A stretch of DNA of 64,000 bases. Source: Moniliella sp. 'wahieum' (Eukaryota). Below, piece after piece: positions 24,006 to 35,608 of this stretch (positions within the stretch are counted from its first letter, which is position 1; every line of letters begins with the position of its first letter). The stretch lies in assembly GCA_003971905.1 (NCBI GenBank), contig RSEE01000012.1:248001-312000 (forward strand), given 5' to 3'. Below the pieces are notes generated by a model. It saw only the letters and a program-made list of their open reading frames with translations. It did no database searches and was not told where the DNA came from. The translations under genes and the position numbers were made by a program.

Positions 24006-25499
24006 GGTATGGTATGGCACGGTATGGTATGTGGTGGCGGGAACGTGGTTGGGAAAAGGGTAGAAGTTGTGCGAGGTGTTGATAAAAGAGTGTTGGTTGT
24101 ACAAACACCTCATCGACTCATCGGAGGTCTGAAGCGGGTGGCGAATATTTGCTTACGAGCGGGTGGGACAAGAGGCGGGCTGAGGGCGCTGCAAACTCGA
24201 TGCGATGTGCTGGCGAGGTCTGAGAGACGCGCGAAGAGAGCAAAAGTTGGAGTGGCGCAGTGCTTTGCCGGAACGGGAGGCAAATCAGACGCTGCGGGGG
24301 GGGGGGGGGGATGTCTGAGCCAGCCACTATGAAAGAGAGCAATGAGTTAATGAGACCTGAGGAGGGGGGGGGGTGACAGATGTGCTGGCTGTTTTGTCTG
24401 TGGCCGAGGGCTGGGATTGAGAGACGGAGAGTTGAGTGAGACGAAGGCAAAAGGGACATGCGCCCGACGGGATGCAATCAGGACAGGGACAGGAGGGACT
24501 ATGACGTCGGCCCAGGCTGGCGCGGTGGAGGAAACAAACGCACACCCATCTATGGGGTGACGCAGGTGATGGAGGAGCAGCACCGTCCACTGAGATCCCA
24601 GTGGAGATCGCCGTCCAGAGCGCAGGACCGATGACCGACGACGCGTGACTTGGCCTGGCCGTCGACAAAATGAAAATCCACGCCCCCGCCTCGATCGCCA
24701 CCACGATCTCAGGTAGCCCGGCAACCACCGCCCAGTTTCATGTTTCAAATCCGCTGCGTCGCCGCAGCGCACGGGCGGAACCCACGGCGGAACCGGCCAC
24801 CCCGCAGTATGGTATCCTGATGATGTCGATGATGTCATTGGTGGTGCATCGTCCCGAATTACCGTGATTTTTGCCTCCGCCCAAAACGAGAGGAGGCAGG
24901 CATCACCTCTCCCTACTCACTCCGTCGTCGACACGAAACTGGTCCAACCGAACGTGGGTTGCGGTGGTGGAGAGACGCTGCGTACGTTGCGAAAAGAAGG
25001 GGGGAGGCAGCGAGCAAGGTGAGGGAGAGGAATGGATTGGGCAGAGGAAGATGAAGAAGGAAGAGGAAGACAAGAGGAGGAGCAAGAGGAAGAGAGGGGA
25101 ACAGGCAGTTTGTTGGGGACAGGTCCCACAACGAGACAAATACATCTGTGGGCAAACGGAAGAATGGGACAATGGGAGTACGGGAGTACGTGAGAACGTG
25201 AAGACAGAGAGGCACCAGCAGCAAACCAAAGACCAAAAGGGGCAGAAACGCGTTGTGGAAAGAAGAGATGATAATAGGAAGGCGGATGGGGGGGAAGGTG
25301 ATGCGATGCGGGCAAGCAACGGGGCAAAAGAGAGTTGGTACGAGAAATGCGAAAGCCAGGAATGCAAAGCGACAACGCCAAGTGAGAGCACTGAGGGGGG
25401 GAAATGCAAACCCTTCGTAAGACAGCGAAAAGAAGGAAGCCAAGACGAGAGGCAAGAGGTTCGCAACCCCCCAGCTGAACGCAACGAGAGACGCCAAGG

Positions 25500-28400
25500 C
25501 CACGCGGGAAGATTAGGTGCCGCGCGAGCGGTTGCGAACGTGTTGGGTGGGGTCTTGTCGATGCTGGAAGCATGTGGGTAGGCGGGTACGGCGGAGGAAG
25601 CGTCTCGGCCGAGCGGGAGGGAAGAGGCGCATACGAGACATGTTTATTGGTCGTGCTCATGTCGGGTCCTGCGAAGGGTAGGAAGCCAATGGAGGATACG
25701 GACTGAAGGAATGTTCTTTTTGCCATGGCTCGGCTGGCCTGGGAGGGGCGAAGGGCGTGGCTCCTCGTCATCGGACCACTGGTCGTTGTCCAAAATGGCA
25801 GCCATGTCCTGCGTACCAATCATTTCGGTGCTAGGTCCAAACGCAGGGTTGCCCAGCGGGGCAAGCAACGGCGGAGGAGGCTGCGTCTCGTCGTACCCAC
25901 CAATATCGGCACCCCAACGGTCGTCTTCGGCCTCGGAGCCATCGGAAGTAGAGCCTTGGCTAAGACGAGTGCCAGGACGCAGGAACCCATTGGCATCGGC
26001 CACACGCGGGGCGGGGGCCAACGTCCCAGGAGCACCATTGGTAAAACGCTTGACCAAACTGCGCTTCAAACTCGGCCCGACGCTTGGCTTCCCGCTTGAG
26101 CTTGCGAAGACGACTGCGCTCCCACTCTTCCCATCGGCGCTTGGGAATTTTGGCCACGCTGGCTGCTGCCGCTTCGTCCCCGTGACCAGCACCTTTGGCT
26201 TCCCCTTCGACCTTGCGCGTCTCGCCCCAGGAGAAATCATCAAAGTGCCAAAAGGAGTAGACGGGAAGGATAAAGTTCCAAACCGGCAACGCGATGAGGT
26301 AGACAAACATGTACAGAACGTACGTATCTTACGCGTGGCCAGTACGATGAGCACACCGGGCAACCCAGGACAACGGCCAAGAGCATCAAAGGAATGGCGT
26401 CACTAAAGTCCTTGGGCGGGTTGATGCAGGCACGAATAATAAGTGTGTAGGTCAAAGCGATAGCGACCGGAAGCGAAGCTGTACCAAACAGGTCCATAAA
26501 CACCGAAAATTGCATGCTGAGGCAAAAGGTGCCGCAGAGTCACGGACCAGAACAAGCTCCATGAGGTTGTGCACCGTCGAGTTGATCCATCGGCGGCGTT
26601 GGGAAAGAAGCATTTTGAATGTGTCTGGCACCTCAGTCTTGCAGCGTGCGCGCGGGCAAAGACCATCTTGCGTTGGGGAAAGTTGCGGAGCATCAGTGTC
26701 GTAAGGAATCGGTCCTCGCCCAGAGCAAAAGGTTTTTCTGATGAAGCGTATGAGCGATCCTTGGCTGTACTCACGAGTAATCTCAGGAGCCACAATACTG
26801 GGACCCAGTCGTCACCCATGTCTTTGCGAGCCTTGATACGGTAGATGGAAAAGCACCCGGGGAGACAGGTCACACCACCAAAGACCGATTCGAACGCTTT
26901 TTGGTTGTGGTGGGAGATGAATACTCAAACACTTGGATCATCGTCACCCAGGATTGGTTCTTGTTGGTGATCCGTGTCTCCCCACAGGCACCCATGATCA
27001 TAGGATCGTGGGACATGCAATCCGCCAAAATACGCATGGCGGAAGGGTAGACCTTTGTATCGGCATCGACCATAAGACAGAGCTCGAAAAAGTCGGGCGT
27101 GACCCCGAGCAGGGTGTGGACCTTGCGGAACAGATCAAAGTCAAGCGGTGACATGGGGTCATTAAACGTGCACCGCTGCAGGAAATTCATGAGAATCATC
27201 TGCGAATCGCGCTTGCCACGGTTGCCTGGTTTGGCGTCGTGGGCTTCTTCGGGTGTGCCGCATTTGACCACAACCACCATAGGAGTTCGATGACCGGGGC
27301 ACTTGGTATAGTGCCCAGCGTAGACCATGGCCATATTATGCGCTTTGGCACCGCCAGCCACGAAGGGAAGCTCATTGGTGTCGGGTCCCAAAGCGCGGGT
27401 CGCATCCAGCAGCCCCACACATGTGTCCGGCGTGCTGTGGGCCTCGCCGTGGCCTGTGACCATACCGTCGGCAACGACAAAGAGGAGCTTGCGGTTATCG
27501 GGGTAATCCGAGTTGGAGAGGAGGCGAGTGTGTTGTTGATACCTTCCTCTCCCTCTGAATAACAAGTGATAAGAGTGACGATGTAGGGTGAGTCCCCGAT
27601 ACCAGCAAGGGACATATCAGCCGCAGGGGGGAGACCACCGTGGGAAGCAGAGGCCCAAGGCGCCGTACCGGGGTTTTTGACGTTTGACATGGCACCATCG
27701 GGCATCTGGGTGAGGGGGATGGCGCGACCCTGATCGTAACGGGGCTTATCGGTCATTCGTCCGGCCATGAACCAAGCAAAGTAGAGTGCCATGAAGAAGC
27801 GAACGAAAATCAAGAGTAGAATGATCACCAAAGATGCGTAGAGGACAAGTTGAGTGAGGAAGCACCCAGGAGTGATCCTGTTAATCTTGCCAGCATTGTA
27901 CTTATCGCGCAAGCAATAGAAGGTGTTCCTCCATTTAGGCTGAGTGTACAGCATGACGGTCGCATCTTTTCCGCTTCCGGATGGATCAGTGACCATGGCA
28001 CGAATGATCGTGTCAATGGGGTCGTTCGGCACAGGGTCTGGGTAGGCAGACATGTATGGATCCATGTCCAACACAGTGCCATCAATAACCTGTGCACGGC
28101 CAGTAAAGTTAGCGTGGCGTGGAGAAAACAAGAGAGATACAAAGGAAAGACATACATGTAGTTGGTCGTGTTGGCGGAGGCGATGGACGGCCAAGTCCAA
28201 CCGACTTGGCGAGTCGAATTCTCGAATTTCTTGGAAGCTAGATTGTCTGCCGTCAGCGGGCCCGAGACACAGCCGGCTTTTTGTCCCGTCGATTTGATAT
28301 TGACGTTGCACGTGTCGAGTTTGGCGGCAGCATAGGGGAGGCCGGTGCAGGACGGGGCGTCGCGGCGGAAGAGGAAGCTAATGTCGGTACCGGGAGCGTT

Positions 28401-28959
28401 CTGTGACAAGTTGTAGAGATTGAAGCCGACCTGTGTGCTGTCCGGGACTTGGGCGTTGCTAATCTTGAACATCCAGCCATCGATGCCGAGCAGGCCACTG
28501 TACTCGCGGTCGTAGATGCTGTAGAACTTGTGGAGGTGTTTTGAGCCGAAGCGGGACAGAAGGCGGCAGTGAGGGCGATGGTGATGAAAATGACAAAGCC
28601 GCCCAAGAGAAGCGAGATGGAACAGAGCGCAACCTTCTCGCGCCACGCTTGGCGGGAGGGCTTGTCTTTGATTCCGCATGTGCCCAAGATGGCACCGGGA
28701 GCCCAAAAGGTGACTAGATGCGCGTAGATGGACCACCAGTTGATGCCGGTCTTGGCGGCAGGCTGGTCAGGCGGGTTGATCATGGGCGCCTGGGGGTGAC
28801 TGCGCTCCGGCGGGTGAGCGTCTTGGCACGGCGCATTGTCGTGGGCGCGCGGAGCGGCGGCGCAGCAACGGCGGCATCGATGGGGATGGACGTATCCGGC
28901 TGCGGCTGGCCGCGCATGCGGATGAACGTCTTGGACGACAGGTCTGTCCGACGAGCCAT
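25500..28959 (-). CDS. Chitin synthase, division 2 (class IV-like)
   Basis: [115 protein letters not shown]. No myosin head. Intron 28090-28155. 3' end approximate. Confidence 0.93.
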
Positions 28960-30169
28960 GGTGGGCGAGGCAGACTGGAAACGAGAGTGGCCCAGGCGGG
29001 GCGGGGGGGACGGCGGAGCAGGGGCAGCTGGGCGCTGGAGAGAGAGGTGAGCGGAGAGGCGGAGGGCAGGAGATGGTGGATGGTGGATGGCCATGGCTCT
29101 GCTGGGCACTGGCCGCCCCACCGCACCACCAGCGCTGGGCGAAACGACCCGCGGAAGCCAGCGTCGGGGATTGAAATTGCAGGGATCGGCACCAGCGCTC
29201 CCAGGCGCCGCCCGGCGCCACGCCCGCATCCCATGCAATATGCACCCCTGCAGCAGCACAGGGCACGCGCCCAGTGCCCTTGGGCCAACCCCAGGCAAGT
29301 GCGGTCGCAGTGCGTGATGCGGATGCATGCTGGCCGTGGCGCACACGGGGGGAAGCACCCGGCCCCTGCGCCTCCACCGCCACCGTTTGCGTGTGACATG
29401 TGGCATGCGATGCATGATGCAGGGCACCACGCACCACCGTGCTGGCGCCCCCTCCACGTCGGCCAGACGGCTGGCGGCCATGCACGAGCGGGTGCTGCAA
29501 AGCGCCTGTCCCCTCGTGGCTTGGCGCCGCTCTGGGCCACGTCCTTGGCACCTCCCACCACGCCTGTCTGCCGCCCAGGAGGCCACGGCGCCTGTGCTCG
29601 CCATCCGAGTCGCACTGCTTCCAGCGATCGGCACAGCAATGCATCATGCCCATGCCTCATGTCCCCGGCCACCGGTGGATCTGGGCGGGTGGAGGGTGGC
29701 CACAAGCATCACGCTTCCGATGGCCCGCAGCACACTACGCCTGTGCCCTTCCCCCAGCGCATCATGCATCACTGCACCCTGCATCACATGTCACATGCAT
29801 GTCACAGCATTTACCACGCACAGCTGCAGCGATGCCACCGGCAAGTTGTTGTGCCCTGCTGTGCCCTGCTGTGCTGTGCCCCCCAGAGCGCACACTTCTC
29901 TCTGACATCAGCCCCTCGCACTCGTCCGAACAGCAGTGCCTAGTGCACCTCGATCAACGTCTCTGCCTTGGCAGCATTCATGCAACGTCCACGCTTCAAG
30001 TGATGTCGATGAAGCCCTCCTCAGGCCCTCAGACCTCCCTCTGGCCCCAGGCCTCATTAATCATTGGGGTTTGCACACGTACAGCCGGGGCTAGACATCC
30101 ATGTGCGCACAATGGCGTGGAGCCTCCCCGGTCACCCCTCAAAGAGCAAGAATGTGGAAACAAAAGAAA

Positions 30170-30270
30170 TGTCGTGTCCCGGGATCGAACCGGGGACCTT
30201 GAGGAATCCGTTTGGATTTTCCATTGAAGTGGACTTCAATCTCACGCTCTCCCATCTGAGCTAACCCGAC
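30170..30270 (-). tRNA. tRNA-Phe(GAA) with intron
   Basis: Minus strand reads GTCGGGT TA GCTC AGATGGGA GAGC G TGAGA TT GAA G [intron tccacttcaa...] ...CTCA AGGTC CCCGG TTCGATC CCGGG ACACGAC A, followed by TTTCTTTT (Pol III terminator-like). A and B boxes are intact. Confidence 0.88.
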
Positions 30271-31524
30271 ATATTGGCCGAGTTGCCCAAACATTCATTT
30301 GTATGGCTTAAAGTCCGACCATTGTCATGTGGAGAGTTCCGAGGGGAACCCAGTGGTGTAAGAGTACAACCCCAGGGACAGCCAATCGAAGCCAAGGACG
30401 GTATGTCCGGCCTCAGAGAACCTGGTCAAACCGAGCAGGTGTAGAGGCGAGGGAGAGAGCCTCTGATTTGGGTAGCTATGCCTGCGTGCTAAGGCCGCAG
30501 CCCGGACCCTCCCAGGTATAGGAGCGTACGTAGGACGTTAGACCAGTTGAAGGGCCAAGGGGTAACTGGTAACGTGTGTTATATAGCTGGAGCGTTACCA
30601 ACACACTCAACGCGCTGTAGTAGGCGGAGTCAAATTCAGACAACGGAGTCCTAACGAAGAGCAAGCGCTACAGAGAGTAACCGCGGCTTGTGTAACTGAA
30701 GTGAGTCGGATATTCGCACGGGTGGTAGAAGGTGAAAAGGGTCTTATATCATAGAGGAAGGAAAAGGTTTGAACAGAGTGTTGAGCCATCGGGTGGCGCG
30801 TTGTAGGAGGGAGATTGCTTCGGATGCCGACAGGTATTCATTCAGGCTGCATGGAATGGCGCCTTATATACCAGAGGAGAAGGAGAAGCTATCACACGGT
30901 AAACCACGCGTGATGAGGGGAAAGAGACACAAAGGGGGCAAGGAAGATCTAGAACGGCAAGGAAGATCTAGAACAAGGATCATATCCACATCCTGTGGGA
31001 ATGTGTGTGTGATCCGTCACGCGTGCTTTGGCCAATGTCCCTTCAGTTCCTCCTCGGGCCTGGGAGTTCCGTTGTTTTCTCTCTCCTGTTTTTCCCTGTT
31101 CCGCAGCTTAGCCCCTGGTGGCGACTCGCTGCTTGAATGTTCCTCTGTAGGCGTTGCTGTGGTTGGCTTAGACCACCACCACCACCAGTGCGATTGCATC
31201 ACCCTCGAGGACCATCAGGCATCAGGACTCCAGGCCTCATCGACATCACAGAGACAGGGGTAGGGGTATACTGGTGTAACAGGTGGAACAGGATGGCCGA
31301 TAATCGAGATAATCGATAATCGATAAACGATAAGAACCACAGTTAGCAAGCCTTAGACAGAGCTGTTTATAAAGAACTTGTTAGAGGGTACTGCTAGGGT
31401 TCTCCTGCGCGGCCCTCAATGGATCGGTGACGCTCGCCTAGCCGAGCGGAAGCGTTCCGCTCGCAGGCCAGCGCACGCCCTGCTCGCTCCATCTCCCTTC
31501 TCTCTCTCCTTTCTCCTTCCCTTC

Positions 31525-31681
31525 AGACGTTGCTTGAAGACTTGTGGCTCACCACTTTGCCTTCACGCCTTGTCTGAAGGTATTACGCCTCTGCTTCCTT
31601 TCTTGACCTGTTGCTCCTCACAATGAGACGTTGCTTGAAGACTTGTGGCTCACCACTTTGCCTTCACGTCTTGTCTGAAGG
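31525..31681. repeat. 56-bp direct repeat, 2 copies (31525-31580 and 31626-31681), one mismatch
   Basis: agacgttgcttgaagacttgtggctcaccactttgccttcacg(c/t)cttgtctgaagg occurs twice, with starts 101 bp apart. Confidence 0.92.
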
Positions 31682-32204
31682 CTGCCTTGCAGCTGATCCA
31701 TAGGATCGCGAATGCTCCCAAGTCGCACTCTAGCAGAACTAAGAGCTGTTTATATAAAGAAAGATCCAGGCCTCAAGTGCCTCATGACAGGTATAAACAG
31801 AGTGTGGGAAAACTATCACAGACCGTGCTCTCACAATGGCGCTGACGCTGCGCAATCGGGCGCAGCAGGTACAGGGTTCTGCCTAGACTGGGCGCAATCG
31901 ACACAAAGCGCCTTCGTATTACACCGATGAGTCCATGCGACCATGGCGGCCGCGGATAATATCCACAGCATGGGTAAGGTGTCCGCTGGCTCTCTCACAC
32001 GAGTCTGAGGGGACTGGCACGTAGTGTTTGGATGAGATGTCTATACGACATGCGGTGCTCTGCGTCCGGAGATAACCGGAGCGCCCCGTGACAGTAAAAT
32101 GTTCCGGGCGCTACTGGTAACCGGTAACGGTAACGGTACCTCTTTTCACCAGTTTGAGCGGCAAGGGCCGAGAAGCAGTACCCCACCAACCGTTTCCCCG
32201 TACC

Positions 32205-34640
32205 ATGGTCCTCGACATCCTTGCCACTGTTCCGTTTGATGTGGCCCTCAAATTCTCAATTGCGGTGTTCTGGACGTGCCCAGTGTGGTGGGGCTCGCGC
32301 TGGTTTGCAAGCATTGGCGGAATGTTGTTCACCATGAGACTGTCTGGAACTTGTGGGCGTGGCGAACAGGACTGTTCCCCCCCGACGTCTCCCCCGCTTC
32401 TATTGATCCCCGTGACAACCTTCTTGCGATCTGTGCCGAGCACACTTTGGGATCGAGCAAGGTGCGTTTTCAAGTTGCGATTTTGGGAACATCGTGGCGT
32501 CGTTTGGTTCAAGCCGTCCATGCAGTTTCTGCCAAGCAGGGATACGACCTCAACCTTGGATGGAGGGCGATGCCGCGCGGGACAGTGAGTCAAGTGCTCG
32601 CGCCCCTTGATTTGCAGCAGGTTGAGTTGGAACCAGAGGCACACCCGAGTCTCGTCCGGCGCCCCGAAGTGTTATTTGGCCCGCATCAAGACATGCCATT
32701 CCCTGTACTGAACGCTCCCTTCGTCGTCTTTCCCGACAATGTGGGCCTGTTCTGCGTCGAATGGGAGGAGGGGTTAGTTCAAAGAGGGTCGGCTTCAGTT
32801 ACGGTGGATCTCGCCACTGGCGAACTTCTGTTTTCCACTTCGCCAGAAGAGAAAGAGTTTTGGAATTTTGCTCATGACCCTTTACGTCCCGACATTGTCC
32901 TTGTTCATGAAGTAACGACTAGTGGAGCAAACCTCTCGACGGAGCTTCAGGTGCTGCAGGCTGGCTGGCTCAACTCGCCTCCATCCTCTCCTCGAGGCAG
33001 TCTGCAACGCATTGGGGCTCAGTGTGAAAGGTACATTCATTGATGGTAATCGAAATGATTATGATCGTATCCGCTTGGCTCACCCTATGCTGCAGCTTTT
33101 ATCTGCACACAGCGCTTGCAGTATGGGATGTGACGTCGTGTATGTTGATCTCCCCTTCTGATTGTGTACGTCAGTATATTTACCGGTATGTGACTGCCAC
33201 AGGCACTATTCAAAAGGCGATTGACCTTCAACCATTCTTTGACGGCTGGGCGGGGTTTCGTTGCATGAACTTGGTGCATTTCAGTGCGTATCTACCTCAC
33301 AAGGCGACATGCTTTTGGTCTGTGGCCTATACTTGGAGCATGTGACTGACCTGCTCATACGCCTGCAGCGATGGAAACGACTTTATCCTCGATCCCACCA
33401 CCCACAGCATCTACTTTCTCGTGTTGTGTGGACGCAGTGTACATTCAGCGCATCCCTCTTGACTTGGACGGTCCCGACGTAGAACTGCAACACTGGGAGG
33501 CGGTCGTGTTAGGTTCATCCCTAGCACAGGAATCAGCCGGATCGCGTCTTGCCGATCTCGGGAGTTCTTTTCTTACGAATGTTTCCGCGTCACTCACCCC
33601 TCCCAAACGGCATCCGACTGTGGCGTAGTCAAGAAGGGGCCTCCGATTGACGTTGCGTATATCCGGTTGGGTCTCTGCTATTAGTTCTGAGTGATCCAGT
33701 TGGCTGATTTGACAAGTGGATACAGCGACGCAGGTGCCGTCCTTTGTTCTGCTTTGAGGTCATTCAGCTGGACACGTCCACTGGTATGCTGGTCATCTTA
33801 TTGGAAGAGCAATTACTGCTCGTTCCCATGCGATGGCTACTGGATCGCACAGAATATGATGGCAAGGTCCTCAGTATGACTTGCCTGCGCCTCGAGAACC
33901 GATTCTACTGGACCTCGACGGGTTTCCGGGTCGGTGGGATGTGCCCCAAAGGGATTCCTGGCAACCCAGACGTGGCCAGATTTCGGTTCATGGTGGAAAA
34001 GTGCTCTTTGGCCCCAATACGTTGATCGATTATGCCTGCCCACGCGCCACAGATATCTTGGTTGACTTTCTGAATGTCGGTAACGAATGGGGCAACGAGT
34101 TGCCAAACGCATCATCAGAGTGCCTTGTGCGCCACCTAACCCACCAGCACAGTATTGTGCGCACATTGGCACACAGTTCCTATTCTTTCGAATGCGTCCA
34201 ATTTGTTGGCTCAACCGCCTTCGTGACCTGCACTGCTAACCAGCTATTCCACGACGAACGGGACAATATTGACGAAGGCTCGACTCACCCGAACTGGCAC
34301 ATCACTCCTCCAGCAAGGAACAAGTATGCTGAAACGCTGCCTTCTCCTCACCCCATTTCCTCCGCCGTGCGGGGAACTACCTATCTCCTTCGCATCGACT
34401 TTGATGCGTCGTATCGCCTGGCTCGCGCAACCGCCCCTACCACCGCCTCTATTCTTGGCGTCTGGGGCAGCACGAAGACCTGTATTCTTCAGTGTGTTCC
34501 TGATGTTGGATTGGCATGCTGTCGACGTGACGCTGATGAGACGCCGAGAGATTGGGCACTTTTATACGGGGCACGATGTTTTGTACTGCCGTTACTTCTC
34601 CCACCATATAGATTCGCGTGCAGAACGGGATGGTGACTAG
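32205..34640 (+). CDS. F-box-like protein with an unrecognised C-terminal region; frameshifted, may be one or two genes or a pseudogene
   Basis: MVLDILATVPFDVALK.../...VPSVVGLALVCKHWRNVVHHETVW fits the F-box consensus (LP.E/D...I...L..VCK.W....LW). Chained coding-like ORFs continue to ~34640. Confidence 0.55.
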
Positions 34641-35608
34641 CGTGACCACATTGAGCATGTACGCCCACTGCAGCGCGAGTAGGTGTTTTGTTGGAGGGAA
34701 AACTGCTCCGTCGAAGGAACGTTGCGCGAGCGCGGACCGCGGTTGCTGAGATCTAGACTCTCGTGCTCGGCGCGCCGCAGCGTCAGCTTGCTGACTAGTG
34801 GCTAGGCGGAAGAGTGCTGTGGCGCACACTGGAGATGCCTGTTCTGGCCTCTGGTTGCATGCTGATCGACGCGGAAGACGCCACAAACGGAAAGGGCAGG
34901 AAGAGGGGAGGAGGCCAGCCGGGGCATGGCCTGGTTTGGCTTGGCGCACTCCGCAGAGCTGGGGCGTACTCAGACTGAGTATTGAGTAGCAGCCACTGCA
35001 GTGACTAAACCACAGCCAGTGGATAGCGGATAGTGACCGGATAGTGACCGGTGGCCGGTGACCAGCGACCAGTGGCCGGCGCTCCGCCTTGCACCGTGGT
35101 GGTCAGGTGCGATGACGATGACCACCGGCTGACCAAAGCACACGGGGCAGCGTGACGTCAGTGACCGTGGGGCAACACAGCCCCCCGCCGTTCAGCTGAG
35201 TCGCACTATGCACTGGCGCCGTGCGGCCGACCGGCGGGAAACGTTGGACTTGGTGTTGCACGCATGCAGCATCGCCCGCAGGGGGGCAGTGGTTCGCAGC
35301 GCTCGCTCTGCATCATTTGTAAGCGCGCGGTAGGGTTGGTGCCTTTCGCCTGGGGGGCAGTGTGGGATGTCGCCGGGCGAGTGTGGCGCAGTGCCACTTT
35401 CCCCGCATCGACGAGGTGCCGGTTGGTGCCGGTGCGGGCTGCTGCGCTGCAGGCTGGGGGGGGCTGCGCCGGCAAGGCACTAGAGGCACTAGGCGCGCTG
35501 CTATTCCTTCCGCCCGTTTCCTTCCGAGGCCTCCTACCTAAATCCCTGACGCATCGCCCGCTCCACCTCTTCCTTTTTCTCCCCCACCATCCCCAGCGGG
35601 TCGACGCC

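Noticed and set aside
24871..25581. 236-aa charged ORF (KKEEEDKRR...)
   Set aside because: Product of the polypurine tract, not a credible gene.
28960..30160. Several 190-320 aa overlapping ORFs upstream of chitin synthase
   Set aside because: GC-rich, stop-poor promoter DNA; translations are Cys/His/Trp-rich noise with no domain.
31525..31681. Repeat-spacer-repeat resembling a minimal CRISPR
   Set aside because: Only two units, repeat too long, eukaryotic context, no cas genes.
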